Of a stretch of DNA of 64,000 nt, positions 1 to 9,198 are shown one piece after another. Source of the DNA: an uncultured bacterium (lineage in GTDB: Bacteria > Krumholzibacteriota > Krumholzibacteriia > LZORAL124-64-63); contig CAVSGO010000005.1 in assembly GCA_963727525.1 (NCBI GenBank), forward strand, positions 256,001-320,000, read 5' to 3'. A program made the translations under genes and the position numbers. Positions within the stretch are counted from its first letter, which is position 1. Each line of letters begins with the position of its first letter. The notes beneath the pieces were generated by a model that did not search any database, was not told the origin of the DNA, and saw nothing but the letters and a program-made list of their open reading frames with translations.

Positions 1-301
1 GCACCTGCGGCCCACAGACCACACCATCCAGGCTGCTCTCCAGACGATTCATACCCCACCGCCGCCGCTCGATCACCGGCAGACAGCCCACCATCTCGCC
101 CTCGCACTCGGCGACGAGCCAGAGCCCCCGCGCCCGCGCATAGTGGCGCGCCACGAGATCGAGCCAGAAAGCGCGTGCTGCCAGCTCGGCATCGGGTACG
201 CGAGCAAGCAACGTCGCGAGTCCGGCCGGCGCGGCGTCGAGACCCTGGACGTGTATGGGGATTTTTAAGGCGCCGCCAGGCGATTTCGTGGATTTCGACA
301 A
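1..301 (-). CDS. Partial CDS running off the window edge; possible GNAT/FemAB-like acyltransferase
   Basis: Manual translation gives an open minus frame ...LLARVPDAELAARAFWLDLVARHY...LWLVAECEGEMVGCLPVIERRRWGMNRLES..., resembling N-termini of GNAT/FemAB-like proteins. Start (TTG ~301) uncertain; not in the ORF track. Confidence 0.4.
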   Translation of the reverse strand, partial: MSKSTKSPGGALKIPIHVQGLDAAPAGLATLLARVPDAELAARAFWLDLVARHYARARGLWLVAECEGEMVGCLPVIERRRWGMNRLESSLDGVVCGPQV

Positions 302-463
302 GTTGGAACGGTTCCCCGCTGGGCGGACACTCGACCGCGACAGCCAACAATCTGCCGTTGACCCCTATCGCGGGGTCGGTACCTCGACGTCTCCGTAAGG
401 ATACCACCAAGTCGCCCGCCGGGCGAGCCTGGTATTCGCAGAGTATTCGGCTCTCTTTACACC

Positions 464-1686
464 GTGCCACGAAGAATGTTGGCGGGTCCAGCGCTTGCCT
501 GGGCCCGTCCTCATGAACACCAAAACACTCACTTCATGCCCTACGCTTCCTCCCCACTGCCCCAACCCTAACTGCAAATACCACAAGCCTCAGCCGCATT
601 CCTGGCCCTTCGCGCTCTTCGGCACCTTCTCCCGAAAATCCCCGCCCTACACCGTCCAGCGCTACCTCTGCCTGGCCTGCGGCAGGACCTGCTCAGACCA
701 GACCTTCCGCACCACATACTGGCTCAAACGCGCCGATCTCCTGCCCAAGGTCCACAAGCACGCCGTCTCAGGTGCCGCCAACCGCCAGATCGCCAGGCTC
801 CTCGACACCTCGCCGACGACCGTCGACAACCTCCTCGCCCGCCTCGGCCGACACTGCATCCTCTTCCATCGACACCTGGTGTCCCAGGCGTCACCCTTCG
901 TGGACATCGCCATCGACGGCCTCGTCACCTTCGAGCACTCCCAGTACTTCCCCTACGAGATCGTCACGGCCGTCGATCGCCCCTCCAGCTTCATCATCCA
1001 CTTCGCCGAGGCCGAGCGGCGACGCAGCGGGGCGATGACCGACGAGCAGAAATGGAAACGGTCCCTCTTTGAACAAAACTATGGCCGGCCGGACCCCAGG
1101 TCGTTGATGCGGGCGCTGCTCGAGGTGCTCTCGGTCTCGCTCGACGGCGCCACCGAGGCCCACATCTGGAGCGACAAGCACAAGACCTATCCCTACGCGA
1201 TCGCGAAGCTACGGTATTGCAAGGTGATCCACGAGACGATCGACTCCCGTGAGCCGCGGACGAGTCGCAACCCGTTGTTCGAGGTCAACTTGCTGGACAT
1301 GTTGCTGCGGCATTGTCTGAAAGACCACACGCGGGAGACGATCGCGTTCGGAAAGCGACGCCAGCATTCGATCTACCGGCTGGCGATCTTCCTGGTGTGG
1401 CGCAACACGATCAAGTTGCGTCGGGAGAAGCGGTGCTGGAGCACGCCGGCGATGCAGATCGGGATCGCCACGAAGCCCCTGACCGAGGAGGAGGTGTTGT
1501 CGCGGCGGCTGTTCGTGTCGCATATCGAGTTGCCGCCGTTGTGGGATGACTACTACTGGCGACGGGTCGAGACGCGGCCATTGAAGGTGAACCGGAGGCA
1601 CAAGCTGACGTACGCCGCGTAGTGAGAAAGTCGGGCCTAGCAGGCGAGATGGCGGTGCGAAGCCTCGTCAACATTCTTCTTGGCAC
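464..1686 (+). mobile_element. IS1-like insertion sequence, copy A
   Basis: Inverted repeats GTGCCACGAAGAATGTTGGCG (464-484) and CGTCAACATTCTTCTTGGCAC (1666-1686), 19/21 match, enclose one transposase ORF; no target duplication seen. Confidence 0.8.
513..1622 (+). CDS. IS1-like transposase (Zn-ribbon + HTH + DDE-like domain, single ORF)
   Basis: CPNPNC...CLAC Zn ribbon; HTH (RQIARLLDTSPTTV); IDGLVTFE; WSDKHKTY; IS1-like LLRH...RETIAFGK...TPAM tail; paralogue at 45674. Confidence 0.8.
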   Translation: MNTKTLTSCPTLPPHCPNPNCKYHKPQPHSWPFALFGTFSRKSPPYTVQRYLCLACGRTCSDQTFRTTYWLKRADLLPKVHKHAVSGAANRQIARLLDTSPTTVDNLLARLGRHCILFHRHLVSQASPFVDIAIDGLVTFEHSQYFPYEIVTAVDRPSSFIIHFAEAERRRSGAMTDEQKWKRSLFEQNYGRPDPRSLMRALLEVLSVSLDGATEAHIWSDKHKTYPYAIAKLRYCKVIHETIDSREPRTSRNPLFEVNLLDMLLRHCLKDHTRETIAFGKRRQHSIYRLAIFLVWRNTIKLRREKRCWSTPAMQIGIATKPLTEEEVLSRRLFVSHIELPPLWDDYYWRRVETRPLKVNRRHKLTYAA

Positions 1687-1702
1687 AACTCAAGGTAAGC
1701 GA

Positions 1703-2656
1703 TCACCAGGGGAGATTCGCCAGGTCGACGTTCCCTCCCGAAATCACCACGCCGATGCGCCGCCCTCCGACCTCGCCACGCTTCTCGAGCAGAGCGGCCA
1801 GCCCCACGGCGCCCGAGGGTTCGATGACCAGCTTCATGCGCTCCCAGATCAGGCGCATGGCCCCTATCACGGCGGTATCGCCCACGGTGACGATGCGCTC
1901 CACGCGGTCGCGGATGATCGGGTAGGTGAGCGTGCCGAGGCTGGTGAGCAGGCCGTCGCAGATGGTCTGCGGGTTCACACTGGCGATGATCTTCCCCGCG
2001 GCGAGGGAGCGCGCCGCGTCGTCGGCGCCCGCTGGTTCGGCCGCGAGAACCCGCACACCAGGCGCCGACTCCGTGACGGCGATCGCCGTGCCGCTGAGCA
2101 AGCCGCCGCCACCGACGGGAGTCATCACCACGTCGAGACCGGGCGCCTGTTCCAGCAGTTCGAGCGCGGCCGTGCCCTGGCCGGCGATCACCCGCGCATC
2201 GTTGTAGGGATGCACGACATGCGCTCCCGTGCGCGCCACAACCTGGTCGAGCGTATCCTCGCGCGCCTGCAGCGTGGGTTCGCACGGGATGATCTCGGCG
2301 CCGTAGCCGGCCACGGCATCGCGCTTCACGGCCGGCGCCGTGCGCGGCATGACGACATAGGCCGGGATCCCGCGCACGCGGGCCGCCAGCGCCAGGGCCT
2401 GGGCGTGGTTGCCGCTGCTGTGGGTGGTCACGCCGCGCGCCGCGGTGGCGTCGTCGAGCGACTGCACGGCGTTGGTGGCGCCGCGGTACTTGAAGGCGCC
2501 CACCTTCTGCAGGTTCTCGCACTTGAAGTACACCTGCGCGTCGACAAGGGCGTCGATGGTCGCGCACGTCATCACCGGGGTGCGGTGCGCGAAGCCGGCG
2601 ATGCGGGCCTGTGCGGCGCGGATGTCGGCCAGTGTCGGGACCACGAGCTTGCTCAT
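1703..2656 (-). CDS. PLP-dependent serine racemase / threonine-serine dehydratase family protein
   Basis: FKCENLQKVGAFKYRGA (PLP Lys), HSSGNHAQ, PVGGGGLLSG, ISGGNVD; no ACT regulatory domain. Confidence 0.9.
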   Translation of the reverse strand: MSKLVVPTLADIRAAQARIAGFAHRTPVMTCATIDALVDAQVYFKCENLQKVGAFKYRGATNAVQSLDDATAARGVTTHSSGNHAQALALAARVRGIPAYVVMPRTAPAVKRDAVAGYGAEIIPCEPTLQAREDTLDQVVARTGAHVVHPYNDARVIAGQGTAALELLEQAPGLDVVMTPVGGGGLLSGTAIAVTESAPGVRVLAAEPAGADDAARSLAAGKIIASVNPQTICDGLLTSLGTLTYPIIRDRVERIVTVGDTAVIGAMRLIWERMKLVIEPSGAVGLAALLEKRGEVGGRRIGVVISGGNVDLANLPW

Positions 2657-5600
2657 TCCAGGGCCGCCTCCCCGGCCGGTGCGCCACGCCGGCGCCGCAG
2701 CCGGGTCTGGAGCGCATCCATGGCCTCGTAGAACACCGGCGTGACGAAAAGGGTGAGGAACTGCGAGAATAGCAGGCCGCCCACCACGGCCAGGCCCAGC
2801 GGCCGCCGCGATTCGGCGCCGGCGCCATGCGCCAGCGCGATGGGCAGCGTGCCCATGAGGGCGGCCATCGTGGTCATCATGATGGGGCGGAAGCGGATCA
2901 CGCAGGCCTCGTAGATGGCGTCGCGTGCGCTCTTGCCCTCGGTGCGCTGCGCGTGCAGCGCGAAGTCGATCATGATGATGCCGTTCTTCTTCACCAGGCC
3001 CACCAGCATGATGATGCCCACGAAGGCATAGATGCTCAGCTCCACCTTGAAGATCATGAGCGTGACGAGGGCGCCGAATCCGGCGAACGGCAGCGCCGAG
3101 AGTATGGTGAGCGGGTGGATGAAGCTCTCGTACAGGATGCCCAGTACGAGGTAGATGACGACCACCGCGAGCAGCAGGAGCAGTCCGAGACCCGCCGACG
3201 ACGACTGGAAGGCCTCCGCCGTCCCCTGGAAACTCGTCGTGACCGTGGCCGGCAGCGTGCGCGCAGCGATACTCTGCACCCTCGTCACAGCGGCCGAGAG
3301 GGCCACGCCGGGCGCCGTGTTGAACGACAGCGTCACCGCCGGGAGCTGCCCCGAGTGATTTACCGCGAGCGGGCCGGCCGTCTGGTGGATGGTCGCCAGC
3401 GCGCTCAGCGGCACCAGCGCACCGCCACTCGACGACACGTAGAGCAGTCCGAGGGAACTGGCGTCGAGCTGATACTGCGGGGCGAGCTCCATCACCACGT
3501 CATACGTGTTGTTCTGACCGTAGATCGTGGAGATGCGCCGCGACCCGTAGGCCGTGTAGAGCGCATCCTCGATGGCCTGCGGCGATACTCCCAGCGCCGA
3601 GGCGCGGTCGCGATCGATGTCCACGGACACCTGCGGATTGTTGAGCTGCATGTCGCTGGTCACGTCCTGCAGTTCCGGCAGATCGACGAGGCGGTCGAGC
3701 AGGAGCTGGCCGTAGCGGTACAGGGTATCGGTGTCCGCCGTCTGCAGCGTGTACTGGTACTCGCTCTTGGTGATGCGCCCGCCGAGCCGGATCGGCGGCG
3801 GATTCTGCAGGAACATCATGATGCCCGGCACCTGCGACGCCTTGCGGCGCAGCACCTGGATCACCTCATCGGCCGACAGCTTGCGCTCGCCGCGCGGCTT
3901 GAGTCGGATCAGGATGAAGCCGGTGTTGCTCGCATTGCTGCCGCGCGATCCGCAGCTCGACATGTACGATTCGACGTTGTCGTCGGCCGCGATGATCTGC
4001 GCCAGCGCCTGCTGATGCGCCACCAGATCCGCGTACGACACGCCCTGCGCCGCCTCGGTGCGTCCGAAGATGCGCCCGGTGTCCTCGCTGGGCAGGAAAC
4101 CCTGCGGGATGATCTTGAACAGCACCACCGTGCCGGCCAGCACCACCACCAGGAACACGAGCACGGCGCGGCCATGATCGAGCGACCAGGCCAGCCCCGT
4201 CGCATAGAGTGCCAGCGACCGCGCAAAGACCCGCTCGAGCGCGTTGTAGATCCGGCCGTGCACGCGGTCGCCCTCTGACCGCAAGAAGCGGCTACAGAGC
4301 ATGGGCGTGAGCGTGAGGGAAGCGAAACCCGAGATGAGGATGGCCGTGGCGATCACCACGCCGAATTCGCGGAACAGGCGTCCGATGATGCCGCCCATCA
4401 GCAACACGGGAATGAACACGGCGGCGAGCGACAGCGTCATCGACACGATCGTGAAGCCGATCTCCCGCGAACCCGCATACGCCGCCACGATCGCGGACTC
4501 TCCCTTTTCCATGTGGCGCACGATGTTCTCGAGCATGACGATGGCGTCGTCCACCACGAAGCCGAGCGACAGCGTGAGCGCCATGAGCGAGAGGTTGTCG
4601 AGGCTGAAGCCGAGCAGGTCCATCACCAGGAAGGTGCCGATGATCGACATCGGCAGTGCCAGGCTCGGGATCACGGTGGCGGACAGGTTGCGCAGGAAGG
4701 CGAAGATCACCAGCACCACCAGGCCCAGGGTGATGGCCAGCGTCACCTTGACGTCCTTGAGCGAGGCCTGGATCGATTCGGAGCGGTCGAAGAGCACGTT
4801 CAACGACACCGACTGCGGGAGTTGCTGCTCGAACTCGGGAAACAGCGCGCGTACCGCCTGCACCACGGCGACCGTGTTCGTGCCCGGCTGACGCTGGATG
4901 GCGAGGATCACCGAGCGCGCGTCGTTGAACCAGGCGGCCGTCTTGTCGTTCTGCACGCTATCGAGCACGTGGCCCAGCTCGGCGAGCCGCACGGCGCGGC
5001 CGCCGCGGTAGGACACGATGATGGGCCGGAACTGCTTCGCGTTCACCACCTGACCGTTCGCCTGCACCGAGTAGGCGCGGTAGCGACCGTCAAGCGCGCC
5101 GGTGGGCAAATTGACGTTGGCGCTGCGCACGGCGCCGGCCACCTGGTCGATGCCCAGACCCTGCGCGGCCAGGAGCTGCGGATCGAGCTGGATGCGCACG
5201 GCATACTTCTGCGAGCCATACACCTGCACCTGGGCCACACCCTCGACCATAGAGATGCGCTGGGCCAGGAGCGTCTCGCCGTACTCGTCGAGGGTCGATA
5301 GCGGCAGCGTCGGCGAGGTGAGCGCCACGTAGAGGATGGGCTGGTCGGCGGGGTTCACCTTGCGGAACGACGGCGGGTTGGGCATATCGGGCGGCAACTG
5401 CCCCTGCGCCACCGAGATGGCCGACTGCACGTCCTGCGCCGCCGCGTCGAGATCGCGACCGAGGTCGAATTGCAGCGTGATGCTCGTCACGCCCTGGAAG
5501 CTGGACGATGTCATCGACGAGATACCGGCGATGGTCGAGAACTGCTTCTCGAGCGGCGTGGCCACGGCCGAAGCCATGGTCTCCGGGCTGGCGCCAGGCA

Positions 5601-5751
5601 GATTGGCGGTGATGCTCAATGTCGGAAAATCCACGTTCGGCAGGTCCGACACCGGGAGCTGCCGGTAGCCGGCCAGACCGAATATGAGGATGGCCAGCGT
5701 CACGAGCGTGGTCATGATCGGCCGGCGAATGAACAGGGCCGAGAGGTTCAT
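2653..5751 (-). CDS. RND efflux inner-membrane subunit (AcrB/MdtB-MdtC family)
   Basis: Start MNLSALFIRRP; GFVVDDAIVMLENI; KKNGIIMIDFA; RFRPIMMTT; about 1030 aa. Confidence 0.95.
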   Translation of the reverse strand: MNLSALFIRRPIMTTLVTLAILIFGLAGYRQLPVSDLPNVDFPTLSITANLPGASPETMASAVATPLEKQFSTIAGISSMTSSSFQGVTSITLQFDLGRDLDAAAQDVQSAISVAQGQLPPDMPNPPSFRKVNPADQPILYVALTSPTLPLSTLDEYGETLLAQRISMVEGVAQVQVYGSQKYAVRIQLDPQLLAAQGLGIDQVAGAVRSANVNLPTGALDGRYRAYSVQANGQVVNAKQFRPIIVSYRGGRAVRLAELGHVLDSVQNDKTAAWFNDARSVILAIQRQPGTNTVAVVQAVRALFPEFEQQLPQSVSLNVLFDRSESIQASLKDVKVTLAITLGLVVLVIFAFLRNLSATVIPSLALPMSIIGTFLVMDLLGFSLDNLSLMALTLSLGFVVDDAIVMLENIVRHMEKGESAIVAAYAGSREIGFTIVSMTLSLAAVFIPVLLMGGIIGRLFREFGVVIATAILISGFASLTLTPMLCSRFLRSEGDRVHGRIYNALERVFARSLALYATGLAWSLDHGRAVLVFLVVVLAGTVVLFKIIPQGFLPSEDTGRIFGRTEAAQGVSYADLVAHQQALAQIIAADDNVESYMSSCGSRGSNASNTGFILIRLKPRGERKLSADEVIQVLRRKASQVPGIMMFLQNPPPIRLGGRITKSEYQYTLQTADTDTLYRYGQLLLDRLVDLPELQDVTSDMQLNNPQVSVDIDRDRASALGVSPQAIEDALYTAYGSRRISTIYGQNNTYDVVMELAPQYQLDASSLGLLYVSSSGGALVPLSALATIHQTAGPLAVNHSGQLPAVTLSFNTAPGVALSAAVTRVQSIAARTLPATVTTSFQGTAEAFQSSSAGLGLLLLLAVVVIYLVLGILYESFIHPLTILSALPFAGFGALVTLMIFKVELSIYAFVGIIMLVGLVKKNGIIMIDFALHAQRTEGKSARDAIYEACVIRFRPIMMTTMAALMGTLPIALAHGAGAESRRPLGLAVVGGLLFSQFLTLFVTPVFYEAMDALQTRLRRRRGAPAGEAALE

Positions 5752-6881
5752 GACGGGTTCGCCCCGCTCGTTCCCACGGCGTCCTTCTCCACGATCTTGC
5801 TGCCCGGGCGCAGCCGGAGCTGGCCGTCCGTGACCACCTTCTCGCCCACCTGCACACCGTCGGCGATGATGGCGTCGTTTCCCACGCGACGGCTCACCGT
5901 CACCGGACGCACGGCCACCGTGGCATCGTCGTTCACGACGAAGAGGTAGTCGCCGTTCTGGCCCGTGTCGATGGCCTGGGCCGGCACCGTCACCACGCCC
6001 GCGAGTTGCCGCAGCACGAGCACCGTGTTGAGGAACTCGCCCGGCCACAGGCTGTCGTCGGTGTTGGGGAACTCTGCCTTCAGCAGGATTGTGCCGGTGG
6101 ACGTGTCGACCGCGTTGTCGATGAACGTGAGCTTGCCCTCGCGCATGACGTCGGTCTCGCTCGGCGCCGTGGCCCGCACCGCCAGCGTGCCGTCAGCCGA
6201 CTGGGCGAGGATGTCCGGCAACGCCTGCTCCGGGACACTGAAGCGCACATAGATCGGCCGGATCTGGTGGATCACGGCCAGGGGGGACGCGCCCCCCGCG
6301 CTGACGAGGTTGCCGGCATCCACCAGCGTCTCGCCGATGCGCCCGGCGATGGGCGCGGCGATGGTGCAGTATGCCAGGTTGAGGCGCGCCAGCGTGACGG
6401 CGGCGGAATCAGCACTGGCCGACGCGCGCGCGGACGCGAGCTGCGACTCGAGATCGGCATTCTCCTGCACCGCCACGTAGTCCTTCTGCAAGAGCGCGGC
6501 GTAGCGCTCCATCTTGGCGGCCAGGTTGGCGGCCGTGGCGGCGTCGCGCGCGAGGTTAGCCTGTGCCGACGCCAGGGCGGCCTGGAACGGTGCGGCGTCG
6601 ATCGTGAAGATCGTCTGCCCCGCCTGCACGCGATCGCCCTCGGTGAACGCCACGCGTTCGAGGATGCCCGTCACCTGGGCCCGCACCGCCACCGACCGGA
6701 AGGCCTCCGCGTGCCCGAACGCGCTCACCTCCAGGGGCAGCGTCTTCTGCGTGGCGACCGCCGTCACCACGGGCACCGACGGCGGACCGGCCGGCCCCTT
6801 GCCGTCCTTGCATCCGCTGAGGACCAGGATCACGGCCAGGTTCAAGGCGAGGACCAGACCGACGCTGCGACCAGGGTTCAT
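5748..6881 (-). CDS. RND membrane fusion protein (MdtA-like)
   Basis: Lipobox LSGC; biotinyl-lipoyl/hairpin/beta-barrel pattern (IAAPIAGRIG, IDNAVDTSTGTI, LWPGEF); ATGA overlaps with both neighbours. Confidence 0.93.
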   Translation of the reverse strand: MNPGRSVGLVLALNLAVILVLSGCKDGKGPAGPPSVPVVTAVATQKTLPLEVSAFGHAEAFRSVAVRAQVTGILERVAFTEGDRVQAGQTIFTIDAAPFQAALASAQANLARDAATAANLAAKMERYAALLQKDYVAVQENADLESQLASARASASADSAAVTLARLNLAYCTIAAPIAGRIGETLVDAGNLVSAGGASPLAVIHQIRPIYVRFSVPEQALPDILAQSADGTLAVRATAPSETDVMREGKLTFIDNAVDTSTGTILLKAEFPNTDDSLWPGEFLNTVLVLRQLAGVVTVPAQAIDTGQNGDYLFVVNDDATVAVRPVTVSRRVGNDAIIADGVQVGEKVVTDGQLRLRPGSKIVEKDAVGTSGANPS

Positions 6882-8368
6882 CGTGCACCATCCTGCGTTG
6901 TGTCGCTACCGGGTCGTATGGTGGCCACCGGCGGCGACGTACCCAGGCGCCCGGTGGCGTGCGCGAGGGAGGCCACGGCCAGGTACCAGTCGGTACGGGC
7001 CTGCACGTCCTGCGCGCGCGCGTCCTCCAGCGTCGTCTGCGCCGCCAGCAGATCGAGGATCGAATCCAGGCCCGAGCGGTAGCGCTCGGTGGCGACATCG
7101 TGCGATTGCGTCGCGGAGTCGAGGAACTCGCGCGCCGTCTGCAAACGCTGGGTCGCGGTCCGCAGGTCGTAGTAGCCCTGCCACACGTTCAGCTCCACCG
7201 AGCTGCGCAGTGTCTCCAGCCGGCTCTCCGCCAGAGCCTCTTCGGCCTGCGCCTGGCGCACGTCGTTCACGTGAGAGAAACCCGTGAAGAGCGGCAGATT
7301 CAGGAACACGCCGGCGAGATACGTGTCGCGTGTCTGGTCGAATCCGTCGTAATAGCGGCGGGCCACGCTGCCCTGCACCGTGATCTCTGGACGGCCCTGC
7401 CCCTTCACGGCGCCCACGTGGGCGCGGGCCGCCAGTACCGACGCCCGGGCGGCGGCCAGCGCCGGCCGGTAGGTCTGGGCGTCGACGATAAGATCCTCGA
7501 CAGCGGTGGCCACCGAGTCCGCGGGCGGGGTGCCGGGCAGGAAACCGACGTCGTAGTCCACGGTGGGCGACAATCCCATCGCCGTGGCCAGAGACCCGCG
7601 CACCGTCTGGATCTGCCCCGCAAGCGTCTGCTCGGTCAGCTTCTGCTGCGCGAGGTTGCTGCGGGCTTGCAACACATCGGCCAGGGTGGCGAGGCCCGCG
7701 CTGCGCCGCTGCTCCGCCGCATCGACGTTGGCCGTCGCCTCCTCCACGGCCTGGGCCGCGGCCTCGTGCAGGGCGTGGGTGCTGAGATACTGGTAGTAGG
7801 TTTGCTCGACCGTCAGGGCCACGTCCTGGATCGTCTGGTTGTGGCTCCAGTTGGCCTGGTAGAGCGACTGTCGTGCCTGCTCCACGGTGCCGGCACGCTT
7901 GCCGAAGTCGAAGAGCACCGCGTTGAGGGCCACCGCGGGCGTGAAGCTGGTGAGGGTGGTGGGCGGCTGGGTGCCCACCGAGTTCTGCGATCGCTGGTAT
8001 CCCGCGCTTGCGCCGATCTGCGGCCAGTAGGCGCCCTGCTTGGTCCCCAGGTTCGCCGACGCCGCCAGTGCCGACGCCCACGACGCCCGCGTCAACGGGT
8101 TGTTGCGCAGGGCGAGATCGACGATGTCCGTCAGCGTCCACTCGTTGCGGGCCATGAGAAGATCGTCAGGCAGCACCACGGCGGGCGCGGCGGGCGGCGC
8201 CGCCGGCAATGCTTCGTGCGGCGGCCGCCAAGCCTGCGCAGGATCGTCCGGAATACGGCTGCGCACATCAAGGCCCGTCACCGTGGCGCAACCGGCCAGT
8301 GCGACGGTAAGGAACAGGCCGGCCCAGAGCCCGGACCTTGACCGCCGGCGCCGACGAGAGAGGGGCAT
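6878..8368 (-). CDS. TolC-family outer-membrane efflux lipoprotein
   Basis: Lipobox LAGC; two OEP repeats (LFDFGKR, LPLFTGF, ERYRSGL..ILDLL); first gene of the efflux operon. Confidence 0.9.
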   Translation of the reverse strand: MPLSRRRRRSRSGLWAGLFLTVALAGCATVTGLDVRSRIPDDPAQAWRPPHEALPAAPPAAPAVVLPDDLLMARNEWTLTDIVDLALRNNPLTRASWASALAASANLGTKQGAYWPQIGASAGYQRSQNSVGTQPPTTLTSFTPAVALNAVLFDFGKRAGTVEQARQSLYQANWSHNQTIQDVALTVEQTYYQYLSTHALHEAAAQAVEEATANVDAAEQRRSAGLATLADVLQARSNLAQQKLTEQTLAGQIQTVRGSLATAMGLSPTVDYDVGFLPGTPPADSVATAVEDLIVDAQTYRPALAAARASVLAARAHVGAVKGQGRPEITVQGSVARRYYDGFDQTRDTYLAGVFLNLPLFTGFSHVNDVRQAQAEEALAESRLETLRSSVELNVWQGYYDLRTATQRLQTAREFLDSATQSHDVATERYRSGLDSILDLLAAQTTLEDARAQDVQARTDWYLAVASLAHATGRLGTSPPVATIRPGSDTTQDGAR

Positions 8369-8535
8369 GGTCGATCCTTTCACGGACGGCAAGCAAGTAG
8401 GCGCAAACATTAAATCCGAGGAGTGCCGCGCGCCATCGCGACCTCGATTGACGCGGCGTTTTCTCGTGGACGGCGCCGCGCCGCGATGCCAGAATCAGGT
8501 ATCCAACGCTCTTGCTTGAACCTGGAGGCCTGAAC

Positions 8536-9096
8536 ATGGCGTTTCTTGGCGATCTGTGGTTGCCGATCCTTCTCTCGTCGGTTGCTGTCTTCGTCGTCAG
8601 CGCGGTCATCCACATGGTTCTGCCCGTGCACAAGGGCGAGTACCGCAAGCTACCGGGCGAGGCCGATGTGATGAAGACCATGCGCAGCCTGGGCGTCCGC
8701 CCTGGCGACTACGCCTTCCCGCACTGCACGATGCAGGAGATGGGCACGGACGACGCGAAGGCGCGTTACGCCGCGGGGCCCGTGGGCTTCCTCACCGTCG
8801 TCCCCAGCGGCGTGCCCAGCTTCGCCCGCAGCCTGGTGCTCTGGTTCCTCTTCACGCTGGTGGTCGGCGTGTTCACGGCGTACATCACCGCGCTCGCCGC
8901 CGATCCGGGCACGCACTACCTGCGCATCTTCCGTGTCGCCGGCGCGGTAGCCACGCTGGGCTACGCCGTCACGTACATCCCCGACGTCATCTGGAAAGGT
9001 CGCAGCTGGAAGACCACCGGCCTGCACATGCTCGACGGCTTGATCTACGGACTGCTGACGGCCGGCATGTTCGGCTGGCTCTGGCCGGCGGCCTAG
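8536..9096 (+). CDS. Hypothetical integral membrane protein (about 4 TM)
   Basis: GGAGG RBS; hydrophobic segments; PGDYAFP motif. Confidence 0.7.
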   Translation: MAFLGDLWLPILLSSVAVFVVSAVIHMVLPVHKGEYRKLPGEADVMKTMRSLGVRPGDYAFPHCTMQEMGTDDAKARYAAGPVGFLTVVPSGVPSFARSLVLWFLFTLVVGVFTAYITALAADPGTHYLRIFRVAGAVATLGYAVTYIPDVIWKGRSWKTTGLHMLDGLIYGLLTAGMFGWLWPAA

Positions 9097-9198
9097 CTCT
9101 GCCGATTCCGGGTGCGATTGACAGGCGGTCGCGCAACCGCCACCATGAAAGCGTGGTTCGCCCGCCAGTAGATCACCGTTCCTGGAAAGGACCACCCC

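Noticed and set aside
2653-6048. 1131-aa RND protein with an N-terminal extension
   Set aside because: The extension overlaps the MFP gene; the family-typical start MNLSALFIRRP is at 5751.
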